From assembly GCF_006345805.1 (NCBI RefSeq), contig NC_043022.1, positions 3,100,001-3,164,000 of the forward strand: a stretch of DNA of 64,000 nt, in the 5' to 3' direction. Shown one piece after another: positions 38,411 through 50,710 of this stretch. This stretch comes from Octopus sinensis (lineage: Eukaryota). A program made the position numbers and the translations under genes. Under the pieces are notes generated by a model. That model saw only the letters and a list, made by a program, of their open reading frames with translations, was not told the DNA's origin and ran no database searches. Positions within the stretch are counted from its first letter, which is position 1, and every line of letters begins with the position of its first letter.

Positions 38411-39644
38411 GACGGGCTTCTTTCAGTTTCCGTCTACCAAATCCACTCACAAGGCTTTGGTCGGCCCGGGGCTATAGTAGAAGACACTTGCACAAGGTGC
38501 CATGCAGTGGGACTGAACCCGGAACCATGTGGCTGGTAAGCAAGCTACTTACCACACAGCCACTCCTGCGCCTATATATATATATATATCCATAAGGATC
38601 AAGGCATATTAAAATGAACCATGCCTTCTAACTGGCGAAACAGTATCATGTAAAGCAGGCAGTTAAGCAATCCATTATCATAGGACGGAAGGCATCGATG
38701 AGGGAAGATCATAGTTGTTAGGTAATCTTCCATTCCATTAGAATACGAAAGTATCCAACGCTGACTGGAACTTGAAGCTTGGCGTAAAAGCATAATAAAA
38801 ACAGACAAATCGGTTCTCTAGTATTGCTACAGCTGTTTCATTGGGAGTTTATATTTTGACGTAAGAATATTACAATTAGATTGTGTAACGCGTTACGTAA
38901 GTGACGGGGACATAAACACACTAGCATCGGTTGTCAGGCAATACTAGGGGGACAAACACAGACACACAAACACACACACACACATACATATATATATACA
39001 TATATATACATATATACGACAGGCTTCTATCAGTTTCCGTCTACCAAATCCACTCACAAGGCATTGGTCGGCCCGGGGCTATAGCAGAAGACACTTGCCC
39101 AAGATGCCATGCAGTGGGACTGAACCTGGAACCATGTGGTTGGTTAGCAAGCTACTTACCACACAGCCACTCCTAATTCCTGTTCTTTTGTCATTCATTA
39201 ATATATGTGTGTACTCTCTGCTCATAATAATATACAGCATTATCATTATTATAATCTTTTTATCGTTCGTCCTCTGTACTGTTTGGGTTGTTTCGTAGAG
39301 ACCGATGGAACAGAAGACTGCTTCGGGCTCCAATACCTGCTTTAGCATGGCGTCTACGGCGGTATGATATTATTAACATCAACCGCTTCGCTGAGTGTAC
39401 TGGGTGCTTTTCTTTTTCGTGGCACCGGCACTAGTGATGTCGCCTTGTAACTCGCAAGACTAAGATCCCCTCTGACCGAGTAGGATTAAAGTAGTGATGA
39501 GGACCGTGTTGTGTTACAAGGTGAAGGACTAAAATATGAAAGTATACATAAAAGCTAACACTATATGTCTCCACACACACACACACATCGTTTGTTTCAT
39601 ACACTTGCATTTATGTGTGTGTATATAAAAAGAATACAAATGGG

Positions 39645-39744
39645 GTTTAAAATTTACTACAGCTGTTTCGGTAGGATTTTACTGATACATTCTTAGATTA
39701 CATCATAAGCATACAATCCACCATCTTCAGGCAAAATTTTAAAC
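39645..39744 (-). ncRNA. Type I hammerhead ribozyme (Penelope-like element associated)
   Basis: Minus strand: stem I 5' GUUUAAAAUUUUGC, core CUGAAGA, extra U, stem II GGUGGAUU/AAUCC(U)ACC, GAAA, palindromic stem III ACAGCUGU, cleavage A (39658), stem I 3' GUAAAUUUUAAAC (13 bp, one bulge). Folded by hand. Confidence 0.8.
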
Positions 39745-39832
39745 AGAGACAAGCAGGTAAGGTGAAGCTTTGATGATGACCTATCCAACAACCAACATGA
39801 TGAATAAGCCATATATGTATGTATGTGTGTGT

Positions 39833-39877
<45 letters not shown>

Positions 39878-39951
39878 TATATGTATATAAGCAAGACTGT
39901 ATTCAGATTTGTCGGGTGTTATTTCTGAATACAAGTTGCATTTGTTTACGT

Positions 39952-40171
39952 CAGTGGTTTTCAACCAGCGTTCCGTGGAACCTTAAGGTTCCGCCAGTAC
40001 AGTCCAGGGGTTCCGCAAGAAGTTACAAAACTGCTGAAATCGGCAGTAATTTTTTAATTCTCCTGTGCAGATATGTGTGCATAAAGCTATTAAATTATTG
40101 CACAGGGGTTCCTCGAGCCAGTGGAATGTTTCCTTGGGGTTCCGCTCCAGCAAAAATGTTGAAAAGCACTG
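39952..40171. mobile_element. hAT-type MITE
   Basis: TIRs CAGTGGTTTTCAAC / GTTGAAAAGCACTG; perfect 8-bp TSD GTTTACGT. Confidence 0.85.
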
Positions 40172-40499
40172 GTTTACGTAGCAAAAATCACAACCGACGA
40201 AGAAACTTGTGTTACAGAGTTGCAACAATCATTTCAATAGCACTAAGCTCTTCATTAGACGTACTCTATCAGCACCACACAAACACACACACACACACAC
40301 GTCCTTTGACGGTATCACCTGATGATCAATGTCGCTTAGATACGCGTAACTCATTAGAAGAAGTTGTAATTGGATTTCTTGTCACGTGTCTTCTGGTTAA
40401 TGAGGCAGACATCAGCTTCATAATTCATGCTAGTTTTATTTTCGTTATAACCACACATATACACATTACAGATATACATTCACACAAACAGATGTACAT

Positions 40500-40680
40500 A
40501 TCTATTGTATAAAATCCGTTCTGTCCGTCTGTGTGTGTGTCTTCTAGGATCTCGGGCATCCTCCATCCGATTGCGTTCAAATTTGATATGTAGATACCGA
40601 CGGTATCAGGGCGTGTATAAGTCTTGAAAAAACTTACAAAAATCGATTCCAGGTGAGAATGCGATCGATAAGGCCGTGGG
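40500..40680. mobile_element. Possible non-autonomous Helitron/Helentron-like fragment
   Basis: TCTAT..TATAAAATCC..CTGTCCGTCTGTGTG..CCGATTGCGTTCAAATTT layout resembles such elements; by recollection only. A similar case is at 47783-48135. Confidence 0.3.
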
Positions 40681-41715
40681 AACGTGCCAAGCTTACTATT
40701 TAAACCATGCTTGTGTTCTCCCAGTCAACAGCCTTATCATTACTGGTACTTTAAACTCTTCGGTTGCATATTTGTGTGAATAAAATGGGTTTTTTGGGAA
40801 TAGAAAAAAAATCTATCTTTATTTCTTCTTTTGCTGGTGTCTCAAATTTAGGTTAAATCAGTGTTTCTCAAAGGGGAGGCCTATGTGACTGTCGGACAAG
40901 TTGTTTTGAGGAAGTTTGGTTTAAATGTTTGACAACTCAGCACCGTCCATTGGACGGGGGCGTTTTGCGCATATATATATATATATATATAAACACACAC
41001 ACACATGAATGTAGCTATTTGTATGTATGTGTGTGTGTGCGCGTGTGTGTATATATATATATATATAGATAAAACTTACTTGGAAATGAATGCGTGGTGT
41101 TCGATCATATAATATATATGTATATCTTCATATATTCATACATATATGTACATATATTTCTTTATTGCCCACAAGGGGCTAAACATAGAGGGGACAAACA
41201 AGGACAGACAAAGGTTTTAAGTCGATTACATCGACCCCAGCGTGTAACTGGTACTTTATTTATCGACCCTGAAAGGATGAAAGGCAAAGAACGTAACGGC
41301 AGACGAAATACCGCTAAGCAATTCGTGCTAACGTTTCTGCCAGCTACATATATATGTATATATACATATATATGTAGGTATGTACATGTATGTATATATG
41401 TATGTATGTATGTATATATATACGCATACACGTACATGAATGCAGCTACATGTGCACAGCTACTCATACATACACTCACAGCTACATAAACGCATGCATA
41501 CAATTGTGGTTATAATATTTTAAAATACGAAATTATGTCGTTAATACCGCAAGTCTGAAATTAAAGTGGTGCTCCGTCGGTTGCGACGACAAGTGTTCCG
41601 GTTGACCAGATCACCGGACCAGCCTGCTCTTGAAATTAGCGTGCAAGTGGCTGAGCACTCCGCAGGCATACGTACTCTGACGTAGTTCTCAGGGAGATTC
41701 AGCGTGACAAAGCTG

Positions 41716-42208
41716 GGGAAAGACTTCTGCTCACCCCGACCACCACATTTTCTCCAAATTTGTTAATTAAAAATTTTTTTTTATGCCAGAAAGCCCCGTT
41801 TTTGGATACGGAGGTTCTGGAAAATTACCAAAAATCGGCATTGTGAAATTCCCCCCTTCCCCCACCAAATTCTTCAATTTTTACTTTTTCCCCAACACTA
41901 ACCCTAAAACTCTAACCCCAACTTTAAAACCCTAACCCTTAAAACCTTAACCCTAACTACTGAAATGTTTTGAAATTTTTGTCTGAATCATAATGTCCGT
42001 ATTTTTCCGCATATTTAGAGAAAAAAAATGTCTGAAAAAAAAGTAAAAAATGAACGGAATCGGGGTGGGGGTGGTAATTTAAAATACCGATTTTTGCCAA
42101 TTTTTTTGTTGCAGATTCGTATTCCCCGTAACCGAAAAGGGGGGTGGAGGTGTGTCGAAAAAAAATAGGGTGGTTTTTATGGGGTGGAGACGGGCGGAAG
42201 TCTTGCCC
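41716..42208. mobile_element. TIR element with internal CCCTAA-like repeats, inserted into an old SINE
   Basis: GGGAAAGACTTCTGC..CACCCC / GGGGTG..GCGGAAGTCTTGCCC; SINE sequence stops at ~41715 and resumes at ~42209. Confidence 0.55.
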
Positions 42209-43504
42209 AAGGCCGATCCTTTGAATTAAAAGTACAACTCGTTGTGTCAGCTGAGTGGACTGGAGCAAGGTGAAATTGCGGCCTTATGATTGTGAACAGA
42301 ATATCCTAACCCTAAAATGAAATACAAACACTAAGGAACAAACTCTGTCTTGGACGAAGAGTCCATCCCTGTGCGTCGGATACCGCTTCTGTACGTGCTG
42401 ACTTATCAAACTGTATGTTCGTCGGCAAAATGGCTGAGTCGTTATTACTCTTTTACTTGTTTCAGTCATTTGACTGGCCTTTAGTCGAGCAAATCGACCC
42501 CAGGACTTATTCTTTGTAAGCCAAGTACTTATTCTATCGGTCGCTTTTGCTGAACCGCTAAGTCATGTGGACGTAGACACACCAGCATCGCTTGTGAAGC
42601 GATGTTGGGAGGACAAACACAGACACACAAACATATACACACACAAACATATACACACACAAACATATACACATACATACATATATATATATATATAATA
42701 GTGTAATAAATAAAATATATGCATACATACAAACATATATGTACGTACCTACATCTACATGTATATATACATGCATATATAAATATATATACGTGTGTAC
42801 AGGACACCACAAGTAGACGAAGAACTCAACGAGAAACGAAAACGTAAAAACAGCATGGAACGGACCATTTTTTTAACAACGAAAAAACAGAGTACAAGAC
42901 AACTACACAAGGAAAAATCCCCTTCATCAGCTGTCCCTAGTTCAACTCCAGCGTGTTTCGAAGGTGAGGACAGAACACGTCTCGCCGAACTAGTCCTTCC
43001 TGCGAAAGAATTAAATAAAATTCCTTTGCAGAGGGGTAAAAACAAGGAAAATATATATATATATATATATATAGGACGGGCTTCTTTCAGTTTCCGTCTA
43101 CCAAATCCACTCACAAAGCTCTGGTCGGCCCGAGGCTATGGTAGAAGACACTTGCCCAAGGTGCCTCGCAGTGGGACTGAACCTGGAACCATGTGGTTGC
43201 TAAGCAAGCTACTTATTGTTGGAGAAAAATACCTTCCAAACTCCCTGAGTTCAATTCCTGTCGAGGAGGTCAATTTTTGCCTTTCATCTCTTGTCGGTGG
43301 ATTGGCGGAATTGTTAGGTCGTTGGTCGGGATATTTTGGGTGGGGTGGGGGTATCTTTCGGCGCTGTGCTGCATCCTGAGTTCAACTCCCCGTCACACCC
43401 CACAATACAAAAAACAAGCACAACCATTTACTCCTCTCTTTCTAATGTATCGGTGCGGCCACTTAATATTCTCTCTTCCTCTCTCTTTCTTTCTGTCTGT
43501 CTTT

Positions 43505-43905
43505 CTCCCTCTCTCCCTCCCACCCTTTCTCCATCAGCTCCCACTTCCTTCTTCTTCCCTCTCTCTCCTTCCCACTCTCTCTTCTTCCGTCTCTCCCTCC
43601 CACCCTTTCTCCATCACCTCCCACTTCCTTCTTCTTCCTTCTCTCTCTCCTTCCCACTCTCTTCTTCCCTCTCTCCCTCCCACCCTTTCTCCATCACCTC
43701 CCACTTCCTTCTTCTTCCTTCTCTCTCTTCTTCCGTCTCTCCCTCCCACCCTTTCTACATCACCTCCCACTTCCTTCTTCTTCCCTCTCTCTCCTTCCCA
43801 CTCTCTCTTCTTCTGTCTCTCCCTCTCTCCCTCTCCATCACCTCCCACTTCCTTCTTCCCTCTCTCTCCTTCCGTCTCTCCCTCTCTCTCTCACATTCCC
43901 CATCT
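43505..43905. repeat. Polypyrimidine minisatellite, ~80-bp unit
   Basis: CACCCTTTCT at 43521, 43601, 43681, 43747. Confidence 0.9.
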
Positions 43906-44125
43906 CCCCCTCTCTCACACAATCTCTCTCTCCTCATCCTTCTCTATGGCTTTGGAGCTCACGATGGCTTGGGCGATGAAAAAGTGGATGAATGACACTT
44001 AATATACATCGACGTTCGATCGTTTGACTTAGGAACATCTCTGTGAAACTGTACCAGCGCCCAAATACAATAGCAACTGACGTACTGCGTCCAATAACAC
44101 TGAAATTTTACCTTCACCTTAATAC

Positions 44126-44726
44126 CTATTTCTTTACTACCCACAAGGGGCTACACACAGAGGGGACAAACAAGGACAGGCGAACGGATTAAGTCGATTA
44201 TATCGAACCCCAGTGCGTAACTGGTACTTATTTAATCGACCCCGAAAGGATGAAAGGCAAGGTCGACCTCGGCGGAATTTGAACTCTGAACGTAGCGACA
44301 AACGAAATACGTATTTCTTTATTACCCACAAGGGGCTAAACACAGAGGGGACAAACAAATACAGGCGAACGGATTAAGTCGAATACATCGAACCCCAGTG
44401 CGTAACTGGTACTTATTTAATCGACCCCGAAAGGATGAAAGGCAAAGTCGACCTCGGCGGAATTTGAACTCTGAACGTAGCGACAAACGAAATACGTATT
44501 TCTTTATTACCCACAAGGGGCTAAACACAGAGGGGACAAACAAATACAGGCGAACGGATTAAGTCGAATACATCGAACCCCAGTGCGTAACTGGTACTTA
44601 TTTAATCGACCCCGAAAGGATGAAAGGCAAGGTCGACCTCGGCGGAATTTGAACTCAGAACGTAGCGACAAACGAAATACGGCAACGCATTTCGCCCCGC
44701 GTGCTAACGAGTCTGCCAGCTCGCAG
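44126..44726 (-). repeat. Head-to-tail array of 3 SINE B units (185-bp period) within one TSD
   Basis: ORFs at 44137 and 44322 repeat; 15-bp TSD CCTTCACCTTAATAC at 44111-44125 and 44727-44741. Confidence 0.92.
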
Positions 44727-44999
44727 CCTTCACCTTAATACATGTGATCTTCTGCTTCCGTCACAAATGCATCTTTTTAATTAAGATTATTATTATTACT
44801 GTTGTTTTAAAGCTGTTACCTGGATGGCCGTCACTTATCGTCCAATATAGATTGACGTAAGTTAAGACTTCGTCAAAGCTGACACAGCTTTTGTATCGTC
44901 TGGCGAAAATCAACAAAAACCTAGTGTGCTGTTCTATTTATTCTGTCTTTTTCCCAACTGAACGTTATTTATTACTGGTTGTATTTGTATTAAATTCGA

Positions 45000-45435
45000 C
45001 TGGGCATCTTTCGTCTCTAGTAGACCTTTCCGTCGATTTCCGTAAATTTTTTTTTTTTTTTACATATGGGCTTGCGGGAACTTTTGAAGTAATATACATA
45101 CATATCACATACACCGAGTAAAAAATTCCAGTTATCTCTTTCTTTCACACATTACCTCTGTCTTTCACACACACTAACAGAAGCACTTCACTTACACATA
45201 CTGTCTGTCTCCCACACCCCATCAAACACACACACAACACACACCACACACACACACATGTCATCAATGCTCCATGCACGGTAACTTCAAAAGAATTTCC
45301 CTCGTCATACAATCACTTTCTCTTAGTCTCTTTCGCTCTCATTACTTCAAAAGTTCCCGCAAGCCCATATATAAAAAAAATAAATTTTTTACGGAAATCG
45401 ACGGTAAGGTCTACTAGAGACGAAAGATTGCCCAG
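45000..45435. mobile_element. MITE with ~90-bp TIRs
   Basis: CTGGGCATCTTTCGTCTCTAGTAGACC...GCGGGAACTTTTGAAGTAAT is inverted at 45341-45435; superfamily not assigned. Confidence 0.8.
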
Positions 45436-45914
45436 ATTTCATTATCTGTATCAGTGAGATTTTTGCGCATTCACGTTCTTTACCATATTTTCAATATTGG
45501 GTAGAATTTGAGATGTCGCTACTCTTAGGTTATGCTGAAAATTAGTAACATGGAAACCCGCCGAGGGCCGTAGGTTACCCTTGCACGATCTAAAGTGAGC
45601 CAACAACAAGAGCACTTGACAATATAATCGCAGAACTAAGATCAAAACTAGCGGGTAACACACGCCGGGTACCAGAACAATGCTGTTTTCAAACGGATTT
45701 CAAATGGTCACCAACGGAAGGGAAAAGAAAGAAGAAGACCGGAAACTACATAGCGCAGATCGTTCATAACTGACATGGGAGAAGTCAGTATCATCACATG
45801 ACCGGGTGTAGTGAAAACCTCGGCCAACAGAAACCGGTGTCGTTAACTTGTTGCCTAATGTGCTTAAGGGCACAGGAGGAACTGATACTGATTATATTTA
45901 TATATATATATATA

Positions 45915-47765
45915 TTTGTATCTTGTGGTACCAGTGCCGGTGGCACACAAGAATCCATCCGAACGTGGCCGTAGTCAGTACCGCTTGTGGTACCAGTGCC
46001 GGTGGCACACAAGAATCCATCCGAACGTGGCCGTAGTCAGTACCGCATCACTGGCCATCGTGCTGTGGGCACATAACAAACACCATCCGGTCGTGGCCGT
46101 TCGCCAGCCTCATCTAGCACCTGTGTCGGTGGCACATAAAAACACCATCCGAAGACCCGGCAAGACTAGTCAGGCCATAAACCATGGCCCCTACCTGGGA
46201 CGTAGTCAGTCCACCTGCGCATACCTTCCTCCTTGTGATACTTGTGAAGGCCTGTTGAGGCAAGTGAAAATCAAAATCAAATCAAAACAAATCAAAATAG
46301 ATGAACATCAATGGAATTTGTATCTTTGTGGTACCAGTGCCGGTGGCACACAGAGAAAACCCATCCGAAAGTGGCCGTAGCCAGTACCGCATCGACTGGC
46401 CTCCGTGCTGTGGGCACATGACAACACCATCCGATCGTGGCCGTTCGCCAGCCTCATCTGGCACCTGTGTCGGTGGCACATAAAAACACCATCCGAAGAC
46501 CCGGCAAGACTAGTCAGGCCATAACCCATGGCCCCTACCTGGGACGTAGTCAGTCCACCTGTGCATACCTTCCTTCTTGTGACACTTGTGAAGACCTGTT
46601 GAGGCAAGTGAAAATCAAATCAAAACAAATCAAAATAGATGAACATCAATGGAATCTGTATCTTTGTGGTACCAGTGCCGGTGGCACACACTTTGTGGTA
46701 CCAGTGCCGGTGGCACACAAGAGACCATGAAACCATCCGAACGTGGCCGTAGCCAGTTCCGCATCGACCGGCCTCCGTGCTGTGGGCACGTAACAAACAC
46801 CATCCGATCATGGCCGTTCGCCAGCCTCATCTGGCACCTGTGTCGGTGGCACATAAAAACACCTTCCGAAGACCCGGCAGACTAGTCAGTCCACCTGTGC
46901 ATACCTTCCTTCTTGTGATACTTGTGAAGACCGGTTGAGGCAAGTGAAAATCAAATCAAATCAAATCAAAATAGACAAAATAGATGAACATCAATGGAAT
47001 TTGTATCTAGTGGTACCAGTGCCTGTGGCACACAAGAAATCCATCAGTGCTGTAGTCAGTGCGGTGGGCACATGACAAACACCATCCGATCGTGGCCGTT
47101 CGCCAGCCTCATCTAGCACCTGTGTCGGTGGCACATAAAAACACCATCCGAAGACCCGGCAAGACTAGTCAGGCCATAACCCATGGCCCCTACCTGGGAC
47201 GTAGTCAGTCCACCTGTGCATACCTTCCTTCTTGTGACACTTGTGAAGACCTGTTGAGGCAAGTGAAAATCAAAACAAATCAAATATATGAACATCAATG
47301 GAATTTGTATCTTTGTGGTACCAGTGCCGGTGGCACGTGGCACACAAGAAAACCATCCGAACGTGGCCGTAGCCAGTACCGCCATCGACTGGCTCGCCTC
47401 CGTGCTTGGGCACGTAACAAGCACCATCCGATCGTGGCCGTTTGCCAGCCTCATCTGGCACCTGTGTCGGTGGCACATAAAAACACCATCCGAGCGTGGC
47501 CGTCTGCCACCCGTCTGGCACCTGTGTCGGTGGCACATAAAAACACCATCCGAGCTGGCCGTTTGGCCAGCCTCGTCTGGCACTGTGTCGGTGGCACATA
47601 AAATCACCCACTACACTCTCGGAGTGGTTGGCGTTAGGAAGGGCATCCAGCTGTAGAAACACTGCCAGATCTGACTGGACTGGTGCAGCTTTCGGGCTCC
47701 CCAGACCCCAGTTGAACCGTCCAACCCATGCTAGCATGGAAAGCGGACGTTAAATGATGATGATG
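45915..47765 (+). repeat. Composite tandem array of family D-related units (~300-345 bp) ending in a family D tail
   Basis: ATGGAAT(T/C)TGTATC anchors at 46311, 46649, 46994, 47298; each unit ends in (AAATC)n; ~50-bp sub-repeats GGTGGCACATAAAAACACCATCCGA. Confidence 0.9.
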
Positions 47766-48559
47766 ATATATATATATATATATACTAGCAACGCCGGGTC
47801 ATAGTGCTAGTGCATGCATATACAGCTGCATGCGTGTGCACATATACGCGAGTACTGTCCAAATCTCCAACCAGTCACATACAGCTAGCTGGCATTCAAT
47901 TGGCGCATCAAGTTTCAGGCATTTTGATTGGGTTTTGGATAGAAAATTCACAAAAATGTCACTTCTATTGGTTTTTTGTAATGGCTTTGCGGGGTGAATG
48001 GGGAAATGTAAAGATGTGCATGACCACCTTGGACGGTTTTGAATGACCATAAAAAGTGTGAGCCTTCTAACTGAAAAATTGTGGATTTGTATAAAGGACA
48101 CACACACACACAGACATTTTGCCGTTTATATATATGTTTTTTGCTGCAGGATGTGAACTCGTTACCTTTTCAGAATAATAAGTAATAAAGAAATTAAATG
48201 GTGTATGAGAGTTTCTTTTCAGGACAGTGAAATTGTTGCGCATCTGAATAAGTTGCTTACATATTACGCAGACTTTATAAATGATAATAATAAAGGAATG
48301 AGTGAATATTATATTGAAACTAGGTTTGGTTTGTGATTTTGTTTGGCGTATTCGCATGAAAAAAAAAAGATAAAAAAGCTGAGGCTAATTTTGTGATAGG
48401 AGGCGGATCTCGTCAATTGTGTAAGCTTTTATAGTATATGCTAGCGACATCAGAGACAAAAAAAACAACAAAATACCCTCTAAAGAAAATAATAAAAACA
48501 TTCCTGTTTATGGCTTCTTTACAGAGAAACCGTGTGTTTATATATATATTTTTTGTTTT

Positions 48560-48947
48560 TGGAAGCACTCCGTCGGTTACGACGACGAGGGTTCCGGTTG
48601 ATCCGAATCAACGGAACAGCCTGCTCGTGAAATTAGCGTGTAAGTGGCTGAGCACTCCGCAGACACGTGTACCCTTAACGTAGTTCTCGGGGATATTCAG
48701 CGTGACACAGAGAGTGACAAGGCCGGCCCTTTGAAATACAAGGTACAACAGAAACAGGAAGTAAGAGTGAGAGAAAGTTGTGGTGAAAGAGTACAGCAGG
48801 GTGCACCACCATCCCCTGCCGGAGCCTCGTGGAGATTTTTAGGTGTTTTCGCTCAATAAACACTCATAACGCCCTGTCTGGGAATCGAAACCGCGATCCT
48901 ATGACCGCGAGTCTGCTGCCCTAACCACTGGACCATTGCGCCTCCAC
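48560..48947 (-). mobile_element. SINE family C
   Basis: Full-length reverse copy; another at 55519-55892 and a head fragment at 50005-50157. Confidence 0.9.
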
Positions 48948-49378
48948 TTATATATATATATATACATAGGAAAACTAGAAGTTAAAAATGCACTGAAAAT
49001 AGTTAAAATGCTTTTTATTATATTTAAAGCTCTAACCGGTTTCACAGTTTACACTGATTTTCAAAACTTGAAATAGAAAGACGTGGCTTATGTCGCAGCT
49101 GTTTTGCTTCTGACTAGTGTTTGCAGCTTGTCCTATTTTCATAGGAAGTTCATTACTCTCTTTTTTCTTTTTACTCTTTTACTTGTTTCAGTCATTTGAC
49201 TGCGGCCATGCTGGAGCACCGCCTTTAATCGAGCAACTCGACCCCGGGACTTATTCTTTTTTTGGAAGCCCAGTACTTATTCTATCGTTCTCTTTTGCCG
49301 AACCGCTAAGTGATGGGGACATAAACACACCAGCATCGGTTGTCAAGCAATGCTAGAGGGACAAACACAGACACACAA

Positions 49379-49436
<58 letters not shown>

Positions 49437-50189
49437 CGACAGGCTTCTTTCAGTTTCCGTCTACCAAATCCACTCACAAGGCTTTGGTCGGCCCAAGGCT
49501 ATAGTAGAAGACACTTGCCCAAGGTACCACGCAGTGGGACTGAACCCGGAACCATGTGGTTGGTAGACAAGCTACTTACCACACAGCCACTCCTGCGCCT
49601 ATATGGTTCAAATTAGTATATATTTTGAATAGGTTTTTGATTTGGTAGAGGATAGTCACATGGCTGGTCTTAGAAATGTTTGTAGGTTCCCTGTTACGTC
49701 CAGTGTGTTAGTATCAAGTGACAATGTTTGGCGTCGTAAGTTAAAACTGACACGGTTGACTGAACAAGTCGAGTGGTAGTACTAAACAATCAGTACTCTG
49801 AATACTTTCTGTCAGGTGTTTGTAGAGAATAAACACGTCGTTAAGTTTAGAACCTTCTGTATGTTTTCCGCTACGTCCGTACATTAGTGTCAAGGAGCAG
49901 TATGTTTAGCGCCTAAAATGAAGGCCGACACAATTGAGTGAATATGTTTAGTTACAATCAAGGCACTCTAAATCTAATCTGTCCGGTGGGAGAAGAGACG
50001 AAGGAGTACAACAGGGGTCACCCCCCCCCTGCCGGAGCTTCGTGGAGCTTTAGGTGTTTTCGCTCAATAAACACACACAACGCCTGGTCTGGGAATCGAA
50101 ACCGCGATCCTCCGACCGCGAGTCCGCTACTCTAACCACTGGGCCATTGTGACTCCATACACACACACACACACAGAGGTTATTTTATA

Positions 50190-50710
50190 ATTGGTGTTAA
50201 TGCAGATTCGCACCTCATCTTGAAAAATGCATTTTTCCCAAAAAAGTTTATTCGGATTCCTAGGTTTTTTATGTCGGAGATTATGAATATGCAAAAAGAA
50301 AAATCTAAATTTCACCCCCCCCCCCCAATTTTGAACGTATTGTATATTGAGGTGTGGAAATTTCATTAAAGCAGGTATGTAAAGTGCACTTTCTATGTTC
50401 ATTTGGCTAAACTGTAGAAGTTGTTTCGATATTGTTGTTAAAATCCCCATATTTTACCACGTTACATACCTGCTTTAACGAAATTTCCACACTTTAATAT
50501 ACAACGATACATTTAAAATTGATGGGGGGGGGGAGGATTGTGGGGAGGGGGAGGATTGTGGGGAGGGGTAAAATTTTGAAATTTTTCTTTTTTTTTTCAT
50601 TTTTCTTTTTGCCTATCCGTAATCTCCGACATGTAAAACCTCAGAATCCGAATAGACTTTTGCAGAAAAATGCACTTTTCAAGGCGAGGTGCGTATCTGC
50701 GTTAACCCCT
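50190..50710. mobile_element. Foldback MITE with ~200-bp diverged TIRs
   Basis: GTTAATGCAGATTCGCACCTC...GCAGGTATGTAA on the left is mirrored by TTACATACCTGC...GAGGTGCGTATCTGCGTTAAC on the right. Confidence 0.75.

Noticed and set aside
38640-38810. Possible GIY-YIG endonuclease remnant (…LELEAW…) next to a hammerhead stem III fragment
   Set aside because: Multiple stops and only a few matching residues; not supportable without a profile search.
42915-42970. CTGATGA and GAAAC in permuted order (minus strand) in a pLTR-like fragment
   Set aside because: Stem III and the UH site are not convincing.
45848-47737. Multiple overlapping 60-180 aa ORFs in the D array
   Set aside because: They arise from GC-rich repeated units on both strands and show no recognisable domain.
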